Assembly (NCBI GenBank): GCA_030390025.1
Contig: CM059431.1
Span: forward strand, 128,032,001 to 128,096,000
DNA: 64,000 nt
Direction of reading: 5' to 3'
Source: Squalus acanthias
Taxonomy: Eukaryota
Shown: piece by piece, positions 31,588-45,225 of the stretch
How the letters are laid out: every line of letters starts with the position of its first letter
Position numbering within the stretch: the first letter of the stretch is position 1
Notes under the pieces: model-generated
What the model saw: only the letters and a program-made list of their open reading frames with translations
What the model was told of the DNA's origin: nothing
Databases searched by the model: none
Position numbers and translations under genes: made by a program

Positions 31588-34500
31588 GGGGGTGAAATTC
31601 AATTAAGCTAAAAAACGAGTGCAGGTAGCATGCAAAATCTGGTTATTATAATGATTGGAGCGCTGATCTCAGTGCTAAACGCGCTTTTGGCTTGCTTAGC
31701 GCTCAACAGGGGATCCAATATCAGGTGCAGTCTATTGGCCAATAAAACTTTGTCTAGGCTCTCAGCACTATCTAAAGGGGAGCTGCCTTGTTGCAGAAGC
31801 ACTTCATTGTCACTCTGAAGCCATGGCTCAACAGGGAAGAGAGAGGGTAAGGAGGTTCTCAGATGCAGCATGGAGGCCTTGGTGAGTACAGAAGACAACA
31901 GGTCCTCTACCCATAGGGGGGCAGGAGGCCTTCCAGGTAGCACGTAGATGCCAGGACCTGGATCCAGTGCCGCAAGAAGTTTAATGACCTCACACAAGTG
32001 GTTAAGGTGAGTGAATGCTTCTTCAAATGCCATATCCCACCAACAGCACCACTAACCTGACACATTGCTCAATGCACCACACCCCCATCACTTACCTACT
32101 AACAATCTCAAGCAATCACAACTCATAGCTCGCAATCATAGCTTCACCTCACCCTCACACACTTACCACTGCTGAAAACTCACACCCACATCTCACAACT
32201 TGCACACAGTCAGCTATTCCATCATGGCTGGCACATCACCCAAACACTTTGCACCGCACTCACTGACACACTTCCCTTTCTTTTGCAGGCAAAGGTGGCA
32301 CACAACGGACTTGAGCAGCAGCAGCCAGGCAGAGGGGAAGCCTGTCTTCAGAACTTGATGGAGCTGGAGGAGACAGTGCTGGAGATCATCGGAGGGGCCG
32401 TCACTGAGGCTGTAGTGAGCGGCGAGGGTGAAAGCATTGCTGATGATGGTATGCTCGTACCTAATCCTTCTTCTTACATCCCACATCACCCTCATAGCAC
32501 AATCTCTTCTCACTTACCAGCTGCTGATGATGTAAACATGCAAATGTTGTTTCCCCCACTTCTCCACACCACAACCTGACCCTTGTGCCTTTCTCCTTTC
32601 AGATACCCAAGAACTGCCAGCAGTCCAGCCTGCCCCTGACGTTGTGGAGGAGAAGAGTGCTGGAGAAGAAGAGGCACCATCACTCGATCTGATACTCCCA
32701 GGCACCAACTTGAAAATGGCACTGCGCATACTTAGAGGGTAGTATAGAGATGGGATCTGCACACGGTGAGTCACCGGGCACGAGTAGGCTGCAGCCAAAC
32801 CAGGGGAAAGGGTAGCGCGGGTGCCAGCTCCTCAGAGGGCGAGTTCGAGCATGGGTTCTGCTGCACAGGATTCAGATGATAACTTTGATGTGGTAGCCTT
32901 CAGAAGAAGGGTGATGGGCATCACATAAATGCTTGGTGCAATGGCAAGCCTGCCAGAGAGCCTATTGTCAGTGTCAAGCAGCATGGAGGAGTTCAGCTCC
33001 AACATTGCACGGGGCTTTGTGTGGAGCTTGGAGCCCATGATTTCCAGGATGGGAATGATTGGAAACTCCATTTGGACACTTGTGGACCCAACCATGTTGC
33101 TGGGTGTGATGGGCGATGTCGCAGCTTCCATTGCAGCACAACGTCTGAGTGCTGCAGTGGTAGCTCAGACTGCTCTCATGCAGGCTCAGTTTGCTGCCAC
33201 GCAAGCTCAGACTGATGCCATAGTGGCTGGGTTTATGAGTGTGGAAAGGGGCTTGCAGGGTCTCACAGCACTCCAGCAATCTGTGCTCCAGCAAATGGCT
33301 AGGAATGCTGAGGTGGCGCCATGGGGGAGTGCAGTGGTTCCGTGGAGCAAGAACTTGCTATCCTCACTCAGGACAACAGCATGCCTATTGCCACCCCTGC
33401 CACTCCGCCAGTGCCCTTGCTGCTGCCTGTCCTCCAGCCAGCCCAGACTGCTGCTGCCCATGCCGAGGTGGTGCAGTCTACAGCCGGGCCTTCCAGGCCC
33501 ATTGCTGCTCGAGGTCGTCCTGCAAGGCCATCCGCAGTCTCGCCCATGGAAAGTCAGCAGCCTTCCACAAGCCATGCTGCAGCCACTGGGGTAGCACTGC
33601 GTAGGAGCACTAGAGTAGGCGAAGAAACACGAAAGACAGACACTAAGGGAATGAATAAGAGTGAATAGCTAACGTTATTGTGTACTTTTGCGTTGATTCA
33701 TTTATAAATTATGTTTCAAATGTTTGTTTTGTGGTGGCTCTCATTTCAGCATTGTACCCAAGAGGACGCTGTGATGTTCCTTGACAGAGGGATGGTAAGG
33801 TGGGGAAGTGGTGAGTAATGGAAATCTGGGGTTTCATTCAGGGGAACCATATTCTTATGAGGCGCTCACAGACAGGCCGTCCAGAACAGTGATCTGCTGC
33901 CTGCCTCCTCCCTTTCTCCTCTTCCTTCTCCTCCTCCATATCCGCCTCCTCCACCTCAGGTGGCTGAGGAACCCGTGGTGGCAAGGGCTGCGCCCTCATG
34001 ATGGCCAAGTTGTGGAGGATGCAGCAGACCACCACGAAATGGGACACCCACTCTGGCATGTACTGGAAGCCTCCCCTCGAGCGGTCAAGGCAGCGGAACC
34101 ATTGCTTCAGCATCCCGATGGTTTGCTCGATGAGGTTCCTCATGGCAGCATGGCTCTTATTATTTGAGTGCTGGCCATGAGTGGTGGGGTTGTGAAGGGG
34201 AGTCATGAGCCAGGTGGAGCGCGGATAGCCCTTGACTCCGAGCAGCCACCCTCGGGTTTGACGTGGTGGCTGGGAGATTGCAGGCACTCCGGACTGGCGC
34301 AGGATGAAGGCATCATGACTGCTGCCAGGATATCGGGCATTCACCATCATGCTGGGCGTGGTCACACACAAACTGCATATTAAGTAAGTGGTAGCCTTTG
34401 CGGTTACGCTACATCTCAACATTGATATGTGGTACCCGCAAAGCCACCTGTGTGCAGTCGATGGCACCCTGCACCAGGGGGAAGCCCGATATCCTGGCAA

Positions 34501-36930
34501 AGCTACATGCGTGCTCCACCTGCCTTTCTCTGTTCAGATAGAAGACAATGAAGTCCCTTCTCTTGGAGTACAGAGCCTCTGTGACATCTTGGGTGCAGTG
34601 ATGGATGGCGAACTGGGAGATGTTAGCTATGTCTCCTGCTCCAGACTGGAAGGATCCTCTGGTGAAAAAATTGAGTGCCACGGTTGTAAAGGAATAGACA
34701 TATTTCAGAAAAATACACCATCCTATGAACAGAATTCTGACTTTATTAAAATATGACAAATTGGGTTTAAAAATCTAAAAGCCTCAACGACACAAGCTGT
34801 GAATACAGGCTTCTGAGATAAGATGAGTCACAAAGCTGTAAACACCATACAAGCTTTTGAAATGGGAATTGGTTGTAAATACTAAGACAATGGCCTCATT
34901 GAAACAGAGGGTTGGAGATTCCAAGAAGTCTGCAGTTTGGAACCAACACAATAGCTATACTCAGTTTAAAGTGTTAAAAACTAACACTTCGAACAGAAAC
35001 ACAGAACATTAAAGAAGCATGTGCCTTTGTAAAAGTAACATCAAATGAAAGACAGGAAACATAAGTTTGTAATACAACCAATCGAAGTAGCTAAGAAATG
35101 CATAGAACACCCTAGTTGAAGTGTTTTTGATTTAATAATTGTAAAAGGTACAAACAGAAGACTTGTAAATATTACATCAATAGATGCACCAAGCAATCAC
35201 ATGGTATTTGTATTGAACTTGGAACAGTTGGGAGACGCGAAGTCTGGGTTACAAGCAGCTAAGGTGGTTTAGAATTGAATGGAAGACCTTCATAAGAATG
35301 GCATCAAATGAAAAACTACTGTCAAATTGTTTTTTATGATAAGATTTGAACACCTAAAGGTAGAGACAGAAGTCTGCGAGTTAACAGCTGAATTGACAGT
35401 AAGAATAGAAAGAAGTCAACAGAGATATGACTGGAGATGGTTAGCTTACATCAGCAGAAAACTTCAAAGAATATACCACTGAAAAAGTGTATAAAATATA
35501 GAGCTTTCAGATAGAAAGTCAGAAGTCGCTGGCAGGGGCAGGCGATTCTCAACTTCAGAGGCAGGCTCTGTAAGTTTTTAGCTCTTTGAGTCTTGGGGAT
35601 CAAACGGTACTTTTATTTGATTTTGGTGGGTATTCTGGATTAAGAATAAGACTTAGAAATGTAAAAATGTAACAAAGTTAAGATTTGAGAATTAGGATCT
35701 CTGAGAATAAGAAATGTGAGCTATTTGTATTTTGAACTGTTAACGTTGCGATTGACTCACCAACTGTTAACTACATGTCGGTTCTTTAATAAATCTATAT
35801 ATTTTTAGAATTGTCTCACAGAGTATTTCTGTATCAAACTCGCAAACTCAATCTCTGTACACTCTTTTGTGAGGAGTTGCAGAATTCTGGGGGTGGTTTC
35901 CGGACCCTCATAATATCCGAAAGGTTACAATCTAGTTAAACTTATTAAAAGTGCTATCTGGAGGACGGTAATATCTTCAAGTCGTTTATTTCCTTTAGGG
36001 AGAGATAATCTGGACCTTTAGACCCAATTAAGCGTCTTATAGGATTCGGCTATCTCTAACTTAAGGTGAAGGGGAACATCTGGGGAATACGCCTGATCCA
36101 GGGTGGCCCGAAAAGGGCTAGGACTTGTAATTATCCCTTCACGGTGACCTCGAGGGCCACTGGCAGCACTGTCATCGCCCTGCTCTGAGGTTGCAGGAGG
36201 TCGCAGAGTTCTGTGACCACCTCCTTGGTGAAGCAGAGCCTCCAAATACACTGCTCCTGGCTTTAGTGCAGGTAGGAAAAGTGCTCTTGGAAGATCATAG
36301 GTGGGTAAGGCCTCCTGCTGAGAGCCTTCCTGCTCCTCCTCCTCCCTCTGCGACCAGTTTGTCCTCTTCTTTGCTGCCTCTGCTCCATCTCCCTGTCATA
36401 CTCCAGTGCAAGGTGGACTGCAAGTAGAGCCCGCATGACAGGGACCAAGTGGTCTGAGCAGAACCTTTTAAATCAGAAGCAAGGCCTTCTCCACTTGCAG
36501 CACCACTCCCTGTCACCTCACCAACTTTAAATAACTGTACAAAGCTTCAAACAGTCGCACCAGTAGAAATTAAAAAGCAAGTCACCTGCAAGTTGTTTCT
36601 GATCCCTTTAAATAGCGCTGGTGGGGGGGGGGACGGACCTTCCTGCTGCTGAACACATGTTCAATTGTTCACCATTTGGAGAGGGAGTTGAATGGAGTGG
36701 CAACGTCAAAAATGGCAGGTTGTGCATCAAATCAGCATTGCACACTGATTGACGTCACGATCTGCCTCATTACCATTTTTCTAGTGAACACAGGCAACTG
36801 CCGTGATGCTGACCTGCCCAAAATGGCTGCCACTGTGGGACTCACCGGACGTGGGTGGAAGCGAGGCAGCCGCATTTTATCTCTGAAACCGGCCTTATCA
36901 GCCACCGCTAAGGTGCCGAATTTCATGGCC
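31588..36930. mobile_element. PIF/Harbinger transposon 1, decayed: Myb/SANT gene on + (~31860-33668), DDE transposase on - (~33838-36450)
   Basis: TVALNFF, GAIDCTQV, RYPGSSHDAFIL, RNLIEQTIGMLKQWFRCL motifs; imperfect TIRs; probable CTG TSD. Confidence 0.8.
34685..36141. mobile_element. Solo LTR of a further family, inside the Harbinger transposase
   Basis: TG...CA termini, perfect 4-bp TSD CGGT; removing it restores ALEVTVALNFF. Confidence 0.8.
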
Positions 36931-37912
36931 CTGTTATATTCAGTTCCCAGTCCTAACCGTCTTGCAGCTGTGTCTCAGTAATGGCTACCCTGTCGTACCC
37001 TCTAAGTTGAATTTGCGCCTGCAGTTCATTCAATGTGTTCCTTATACTCCGTGCATTTGTATCTAAATCTATAGGAATGGTTTCTGAATTGAGAGAACTT
37101 TGGAAGTTTGTAGTTAGGACATCTGCAATGTTCTCACCTACTTCCTTTAAAACCCTTCCTTTAAAAAATAGGGCCTTCACCTTGGGTTATCCATATATGG
37201 GGCACAATTATGTGATATGTGGCACAAAGAATTTTATATTTTTTGCAACTATCATAAACAAATTGCTCCTAAATGCTTTTCTGATACCAAACCCAGACAT
37301 TGGGCGTAATATTGACTTTGGGTGATCATCATTTTACACGAGCGCCCAGGGGCAAAATTAACCCCAATGTGTCACCAATTATTATAAATATACGAAAAAA
37401 GATGTCCTTGCAAAAAGGATTCTCACCCCAACAGTCTGAATATATATCGACACCACTTAAAAAAATCATAGAAAATTCACAGACGCCAAAAAATGGCGGC
37501 TTCAGCAGCTTAGCTTACTGGAAACCACGTTGAAAGATAAGCAGCGTATTTAAATAACGCTGCACAGATGGAGAAGTAAGGGATAGTGAAAAGGAAGCAC
37601 GCTTAACTCTGATGGCTTTTCAGGGTTGACATTCTACAGCTCGTAAATTGGGCTGCACTGCAGAGGAGGTCTGTCTGAACAACAACGGGATCCTGTGGTT
37701 CTGCAGCAGGCAGCTGTTAAAGGAGAACTGTATAAAAGATCAATTACTTATCGGGACTGAGATCTAGTACAGCTTATGGAATTTTAGAAGAAACTATGAA
37801 TAATAGGAAGAAGAAATAAAGTAAATAAGAAACAAAGGCCGGAATTTTTACCTTTCCGAGGTGCTGGCAGCGGGGGAGCCCTGGATCGTGTGGGGAACCC
37901 GAAAGTTTAAGC

Positions 37913-38709
37913 CAATGTTTCTCAAACTGGGTCTGCGGACTGATTCGCGAAACTCTTCAGTAGTTTTGGTGATCGTAAAATCAGGTCATTTCAAGCCTGC
38001 TCCTCTTTATAAAAGCGACACTGATTCAGTTCTTGCGAATTATTCTCAATGACTAGGCCTGCCTCCTCACAGAGGCCCACAGCTCTCACTCACTTTGCAA
38101 CGAGCGCTCCCTGCCGGTCAAGCCGATTCCTCTCCCTGGCGCCGCGACCCTGTGCCATCCTCCCGACACATGATCAGAGCACCTGCGGGGCCCTTCAAAC
38201 ACATGCCTGAACGTATTCACGCAAACACGTACAATCCCACAGTGCAGCTGTTACCGAACATGCCAGTGGGACATACAAACATACGAATTAGAAGCAGGGG
38301 TAGGCCACTTGGCCCCTCGAGCCTGCTCCACCATTCAATAAGATCATGGCTGAGCTGATGGGACAGTATGGCGGTGAGTCATGCTTCCAGCAGCATCCCA
38401 GCATGTGCATGTACCCTCTCTCACCTTGGCCAGCCTGCTGACGGCTTTAAAAATTGTCCAGTACTAAGTGGCTAATAGTGGCCATCTGTTGCTACGGAGT
38501 ACTTAGAATTGGTGTGAGAAGCAGGCGCACCCATCTCACTGATATCTGTAAGCAAATACTTGTTTTCTTAAAAGCATTATTAACATATTCTTTACATGCA
38601 GCACTTTCATATTATGAGTATAACATAGCATTATAATTTAGATGGGGGGTCACAATTACTAATCGATTTGGAAAGAGGTCCTTCAACCAAACAAGTTTGA
38701 GAACCACTG
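37913..38709. mobile_element. hAT/Charlie-like MITE
   Basis: TIR CAATGTTTCTCAAACT/AGTTTGAGAACCACTG; 8-bp TSD GTTTAAGC/GTTTAAGT. Confidence 0.75.
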
Positions 38710-41700
38710 GTTTAAGTAACGTGTTGTCAGTGGCTTTTTAATGAAGCCACTGCATTTGCATCTGACTTCCGGGTTTCCCAACCAATTAGCGGGAGCAGGC
38801 ATGATGACATCATGCATGGGTCCAATTCAGCTCAGGTATTTAAAGCAGCAATGCACAGATGACAGTTGAAGGTTGGTGGAGGTGGAGAGACATTGGTGGG
38901 AGAGAGAGTAGTTTGTTTGTAGAGAAATTGGTTTTGTTGCAGAACAAAAAATGCAGTCTCAGCATCTGAAAGCTGCCCCTCGATTTAGTGATGCCTCCCT
39001 GGGACTCCTGGTGCAAGGAGTTAAGGCCTGCAGGGAGGTCCTATTCCCTGCTGACGGGAGGAAAGAGGACAACCTCAGACACCAAGAAGGCATGGCTGGA
39101 GATAGCGTCAGAAGTGAGCAGCAGGAGTGTGGTGGCGAGGTCCTGGATGCAGTGCAGGAAGAGATTTAATGACCTCATGAAGTCAGGGAAGGTGAATACA
39201 ATGCCACATTCAACTACATCCTGATGTGTGTGTCACCCCAACCCCAACCCCCTCACTCTGCCTTCCCAAGCCTACTCCTGCACATCACTCCTCACACCAA
39301 CCTACCTTGCAGGTGCACCCATCCCTCTCTGTCTATGCACTTCCTCACATTCTCATCTGACCATCCATCACTGACACTCCCCCTCATCTTAATGCAATAT
39401 CACGCCTCTCCCTCATAATCGCCCTCTACAGATGTTGCCCATCCATCCATTCCACTCATTCCATGGCTCTTACTCAAAGGTCTCTTATTTCCCTCCTTGC
39501 AGGAGAAGAGAGCACAGAATACCCAGTAGAAGCAGAGTATCGGAGGTGGCCCTCCAGTCATAGCCATGCTGAATGCAGCACGGGAGGAGGCGCTAGAGAT
39601 CAGCGGAGTATCCACATTGATGGCAGTGGGATATGGAGAGAGAGGGAGTTCCCAGCTATTTGGTGACAGAATTAAATATCACACAGCCACATGGCATATA
39701 ACAGTCACTCATGTTGACTTGATGTCAGCAGCCAGGGATAATGTGGATAATGTTCACTTAAAACATTCTTATCATGTCAGTTCTAACTCATGTCTTTACT
39801 CTCCCACAAGCCCAGCAAGTATTCCACAGCCGGTTAGCCAGAGGAGGAAGACTCCTCAGAGGAAGCTGCTGACTCTGAGGGTGCACCATCACAGGACGCA
39901 TGCGCAGCAAGCACCAGCGCAAATACACACATGTCGATGGGACCAATAAGTTAGAAAGTAGTTTTGTCACCCGGTGTCTCACACATCACATGTGAGCAAG
40001 GGCAGATGGTGCACACAGGGACAGCAATGGAGAGTCCTCGTCAGAGAGCGCAGGACGCTCCAAGCTCTGCTCAGCTGGACGAAGATGCTGAACCTTGGGG
40101 TCCGTCGACAAAGTGGATGATTCTGGAGGATCAACAAAACATGCAGGAGGCTCTGGCAGGATTTCCAGCCACGATGTGCTTGCTTGCAGGGAGAATGCAG
40201 GAGTCCATCTCCAGCATGACTGGCATGATGTCACAGGCCATGGCGTTGATGTGTTCTTCCAAGGAAAGGGTGGCCACCTGCATCAGATGCGGCATTCAAA
40301 TGATTGCATGCTTGCCTTCACCAACAGGTTGCAGACTCTGAATGCCACCTTAACAAGGATGGATAGAAACCTAGACTTGGCCATTCATCGCCCCACTGAT
40401 ATGCAGCAAAGTGCTCTCCAGCTCTTTGCTAACAGGGAAGTGTGGGTGGACCATGAGAGGGATGATGGTGAAAGGGGACATAGAAGTGGGGGCTCTGCTC
40501 AAAGCACTTCCACTTCTCCCCCGTTGTCCCTCCCCTCACTCAGAGCTCCACATTCTGTCTTGTCTCCCGATGGCCGAGTTTGCCTCTGCACAGTCTTTGG
40601 TGGGGCCCTCACGGGCTCCAAAACCCAGAGGACGTCAGCCAAAAACATCTCAGCAGTCAGAGCAGGGAAGTGAGTAGCCTGCCTCTACCTTTGCTGAAAC
40701 CATAGGAGTTGCATGATATAGAGGTGGTAGGAAAAGCAAGATGAAAGAATTCTAGATGCACAAGGGCATGCACATGGGTGTATTAGGCAATGTTGCACTG
40801 TTAAGGTTATGTTATTTGGAGGCACATAAAATGATTTATTTGCACCACTTTCCAGTCTTGCCCATTTTTGCCTGCTGCCTGGCAAGTGGCCTTGTTACTT
40901 GTAATGAATGGTAAGACATGACTTAACTGCAAGCAAATGGGTGTCTGTGACAGGAATGGTTTGGTGATTTTAGGACTGCTTTGTGGCTCGGGGGGAAAGT
41001 TGGTTTAGCATCTGGGTGCCAGATTGGTGCACTGGCGCAACCTAACTAAATCGTGCCATTATGAGACCATCCCGGGCATCCTGGGCAGCAATGTGCACCG
41101 TGGCTGGTACCATGTCCACATCAAGTTCCTCCTGTTCCTCCTGTTCCTCCTTCTCCTCCTCCAAAGAGGCTCTGTGCTTTGTGCCTTGCTCCTCCTGCAG
41201 CTTCACTCCTCGCTGCTGTGCTCTGTTGTGCAGAGCGCAGCATACAACGATGATTCTGGAGACCCTGGCTGATGCATATTGAAGGGCTCCTCCAAATCTG
41301 TCCAGGCATCTGAAGCACATCTTCAGCATCCCGATAGCTTGCTCTATTACACATCTCGCCATCATTTGGCTTTGATTGTAGCACTCATCGGCCTCATTGC
41401 TTGGCCTCCTCAAGGGTGTCATCAGCCACGTTTTCAGCAGATACCTCTTGTCTCCAAGCAGCCATCCAGTAAGTCTGGTCAGAGGGAGAGTGGACTGGTG
41501 TAGGATGAATGAATCATGACTACTCCCTGGGAATCTGGCACATGCATGATGATCTTTTTGTGATTGCAGACAAGCTGCACATTGATGGAGTGGAAGCCCT
41601 TTTGGTTCATGAACACTCCTGGGTGATCTGGGGGTGTCTTGATGTCCACATGTGTGCAGTTGATAATGCCCTGCAACTGTGGGAAACTAGCCAGAGCGGC

Positions 41701-42249
41701 AAAGCTGATCAGCTGCTCATTCTGACTGGCTTCATCAGTGGCAAAGTGTATATAGCTGCTTGCCCTGGCAAACATGGCATCGGTCACCTGGGTGATGCAT
41801 TTGTGGGCGGCCGACTGCAAAATCCTGCAAATATCTCTTGCAGGTCCCTGGAAGGAGCCTGAGGCGAAGAAGTTCAGGGTGGTGGTCACTTTGATAGCCA
41901 CTGGTAACGCTTGTCCACCAGGTCCACTTCGCAGCAGGTCTTCTTCCAGCAGGCTGCAAATGTCTGCCACGACCTGACATGATAGCCTGAGTCCCCTGAG
42001 GGACTGGTGTTCAATCATGTCCAGGAAGCTGATCCTCTCCCTATACACCCTGTCTTGGAGGTATCGCCTCCTGCAAGCTGCATCCCTATGTTCATCCCCT
42101 CTCTCCTGTGGAGCGGCTGGTCAGTGAGGAGAAGGCTGCTGCTGCTCCTGCTGGTGCTGCTGGTGTTGTTGCTGCCGGGGCTCATCTTGGTCCTCATCTG
42201 AGGTCCAAGGCGAAACAGCATAAGCAGCACCCATGCTGATCTATTACAT

Positions 42250-42420
42250 AAATGAGAAGTCGAACAACACCAGGTTATAGTCCAACAGTTTTATTTGAAA
42301 TTACGAGCTTTCGGAGCTCTGCTCCTTCTTCAGGTACAGGTACAGTGAGGGAATACAAATCAGTTACAAAGCATATATAGACAGACAACAATGTGTCTGC
42401 AGAGATACAATCCGCATCAT
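42250..42420. mobile_element. Penelope-derived insert with a minus-strand hammerhead motif (42301-42337)
   Basis: TSD GATCTATTACAT/GATCTATTCCAT; minus strand reads TAC-CTGAAGA-A-GGAGC AGA GCTCC-GAAA-GCT-C-GTA. Confidence 0.7.
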
Positions 42421-43217
42421 GATCTATTCCATGACAGGGGTAAAGTGGAGATCAGAGGCACAAACCTCCAATGTAGTGAGAGTGACCTCTAGTGTACTGA
42501 GAGTGACCTCCAAATTGTGGAAATCACCTGCAAACTCCTGAAAGCAAACTCTCAGAGCAAGTGGTGTAAGCAAAAGCCTTTCCCTTAGGCAAGGAAGCAG
42601 GTGTGAGGTCTCAGTATTTATGTTATTTTTTGACTGTCATTTGTTCAGCCCCCTCAATTGCCGCTCTGCTCTCACCTTGCTTTCACTATCGAGGTTCAGG
42701 AAGCCCGGGAATCTTGTGGACACACAGTAAAAGTTCAAATCCCAGGAAAGAAAGGCTCTTAATAGCCTCTTAACTAGCTGCTAATTGCTTTAAATAGCTA
42801 ACATGCCTCTCCCGAGGGGTTTTCTCGCTCGCAGCCAAACGCGCTCCAGTTAAATGCAGAAGCCGACGGGTTGAAACCTGACACGCTGTCAATTTCAAGA
42901 CCTTTAGCTTCCCACATGCTCCCAAACCCACTCACTCTGATGTTAAAATTCCAGCCAAAGTGTCGGGTCTGGGCTACACTTGTGATAATACCTGCTAATC
43001 TGGCCTGTCACCTTAAGACCACTGCTCAAGAGCTCTCTGCAGGGAATAGGTGATAACTAGGCAATCCAGGTAAATGTAGCTGCTTGTAAATTCTGAAGAT
43101 AATCAGAGGACAAATATAACTGCCTGTAAGTTTCTAGCTCCAGGTCAGAATAATCCACCATGAAATGATTGGCTTTCTATCTATTTTAAGATTGTTTTTC
43201 ATCTCTAGTTAAGTGTG

Positions 43218-44211
43218 TGGGGGAATTTTAACCCCAAAAAGCAGGTGGGTTTAGGTTGGGTGGAAAGGTAAAGTGTTAAAAAACTGAATCCTGACTAGAA
43301 TCCGCCTCCAATCCGCCCACTTCCAGTTTTAATGGGGGTGGGCAGGTTCTCAGTTAAATATTATAATAAGGCTGGCGTTCCTCAGATTTAAACACCATTT
43401 TAAATTTAACTGTGGCTGGTCGGGTTTCGCAGGCCTCAGGAAACCCAACAGTTAATGGAAGGTGAGGACTGCTGGATCCAGGCGGTAAATGCCTTTACAC
43501 TGACCTCCTGGATCCAGCAACCCTGCCTAACCATCCCTCCGTGAGGCCTCCGACCACCCCCCCCCCCCAACACCCCACCCCAGGCCTCTGATTCCTCCCC
43601 TCACCCCACCGCCGTGGGCCTCTGATTTCCCCCAACCCAAGACCTCCGATCGCCTTCCCGGAATCCCTGCCCCCTGATAGTTCTTCAGGCCCCTCGATCT
43701 TCTCTCCCTCCCCCACCGATCCCTTGATGCCGGTCCCCGATGTTCCCTCGCTCCGCCCCCCCCCCGATCCCTTGATGCCGGTCCCCGATGTTCCCTCCCT
43801 CCCCCCGATCCCTTGATGCCAGTTCCCGATGTTCTCTCCCTCCCCCCGATCCCTTGATGCTGGTCCCCGATGTTCCCTCCCTCCCCCCGATCCCTTGATG
43901 CCAGTTCCCGATGTTCTCTCCCTCCCCCCGATCCCTTGATGCTGGTCCCCGATGTTCTCTCCCTCCCCCCCACAATGCTTGAGTCCAGCTCCCCCCACGA
44001 TCCCACCCTCCCTCTTCATTGCGGCCTAGTGCCACAGGCCTACCCGTCCACAGCCAACCAGCCTCTCCATCTCGTTGGCTGCGGGTGGGAAATGGAGGTT
44101 TCAAATGCAATCAGGCCCTGCCGTTAAATTCAACAGGGCCTGTTGGAAACCCATTTCCTGACCGCTTCCGAGCCCCATGCTCCCAGCCCGCCTCCCAATT
44201 AAATTCCAGCC
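43218..44211. mobile_element. Non-autonomous TIR element carrying a minisatellite
   Basis: GGGGGAATTTTAA...TTAAATTCCAGCC termini similar to the other Harbinger-like ends. Confidence 0.5.
43710..43970. repeat. Minisatellite, ~41-bp unit, about 6 copies
   Basis: CCCCCCGATCCCTTGATGC(C/T)(G/A)GT(C/T)CCCGATGTTC(C/T)CTCCCT repeated in tandem. Confidence 0.9.
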
Positions 44212-44419
44212 TTGATATCTGGAGAGAGATAGGCACACATTAGATGCAAGACTTTTATAGGCTTGCTGATATGGATTATTAAAAAGTATTTACAGCACAG
44301 AAACAGGCTATTCAGCCCAATAGATCCATGCCAGTGTTTATGCACCACATGAGCCTCCTCCCACCCTTCTTCATCTAACCTCATCAACACATCATTCTAT
44401 TCCTTTCTCCCTCATGTCT

Positions 44420-45225
44420 AGACTGTTCGCAATCTTGGTGTCGTCTTTGACCCCGAGATGAGTTTCCGTCCCATATCCGCACCATCACTAAGACCGCCTA
44501 TTTCCACCTCCGCAACATTGCCCATCTCCGCCCCGCCTCAGCTCATCTGCTGCTGAAACCCTCATCCATGCCTTTGTTAACTCTGGAATTGACTAATCGA
44601 ACACACTCCTGGCCAGCCTCCCATCTTCCACCCGACATAAACTTAAGCTCATCCAAAACCCTGCTGTCTGTATCCTAACTCACACCAAGTTCCGTTCACC
44701 TATCACTCCTGTGCTCGCTGACTTACATTTGCTCTCGGTTGAGCAATGCCTCGATTTTTTAAATTCTCATCCTTTTTTTCAAATCCTTCCACGGGTTGCC
44801 CGTCCCTATTTCCCTATCTCTGTAACCTCCTCCAGCCCTACAACCAATGATCCCATTAAGCTTTCTGGAGCTCCCACGCAGCCGGCGCACTGGCTTTCAA
44901 ATAGAAAAAACTGCGCATGCGCAGGAATTTGAATGGGCCGCACAACCCATTAAAGCGGCCGTGCACCCAAAGAAAAATTAAAGGGAACATTGTCTACAAC
45001 CCTCTGAGATATCTGCGCTCCTCCAATTCTGGCCTCTTGTGCATCCCAGATTTTAATCACATTGGCGACCGTGCCTTCAGCTGCTGAGGTCCTAAGCTCT
45101 GGAAATCCCTCCCAAATCTCTCCACATCTCTCCTCTTTCCTCCTTTAAAATGCTCCTTAAAACCTACTTCTTTGACCAAGCTTTTTGTCATTTGTCCTGA
45201 TATCTCATTCTATGGCTCAGTGTCA
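44420..45225 (+). mobile_element. L2-like LINE 3' fragment
   Basis: Degenerate frames read NLGVVFDPEMSF, AYFHLRNIA, ETLIHAFV, ITPVLADLH, typical of the L2 ORF2 C-terminus. Confidence 0.7.
44845..44992. mobile_element. Short hAT-like MITE
   Basis: TIR CAATGATCCC/GGGAACATTG; 8-bp TSD CCTACAAC/TCTACAAC. Confidence 0.7.

Larger units (their letters stand above)
26640..37065 (-). mobile_element. Old CR1 LINE ORF2 split into about 8 collinear pieces by later insertions
   Basis: RT to endonuclease fragments occur in order on the minus strand (e.g. MADELNDYFASVFT, SDHNMIKFNI, GGGSALVIK...VVYRPPGS, YDRVAITET). Boundaries approximate. Confidence 0.7.
37837..42956. mobile_element. PIF/Harbinger transposon 2, decayed: Myb/SANT gene on + (~38951-40677), transposase on - (~41042-42234)
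   Basis: TIR GGCCGGAATTTT/AAAATTCCAGCC, TSD AAA; APRFSD...KAWLEIA...[37 protein letters not shown]. Confidence 0.85.

Noticed and set aside
33838..42234. Host HARBI1/NAIF1 domesticated genes
   Set aside because: Several divergent copies with TIRs, stops and frameshifts indicate transposon remnants.
43495..44110. Gly-rich repetitive ORFs, or a CRISPR-like array
   Set aside because: Translations of a 41-bp minisatellite with no unique spacers, in a eukaryotic context.
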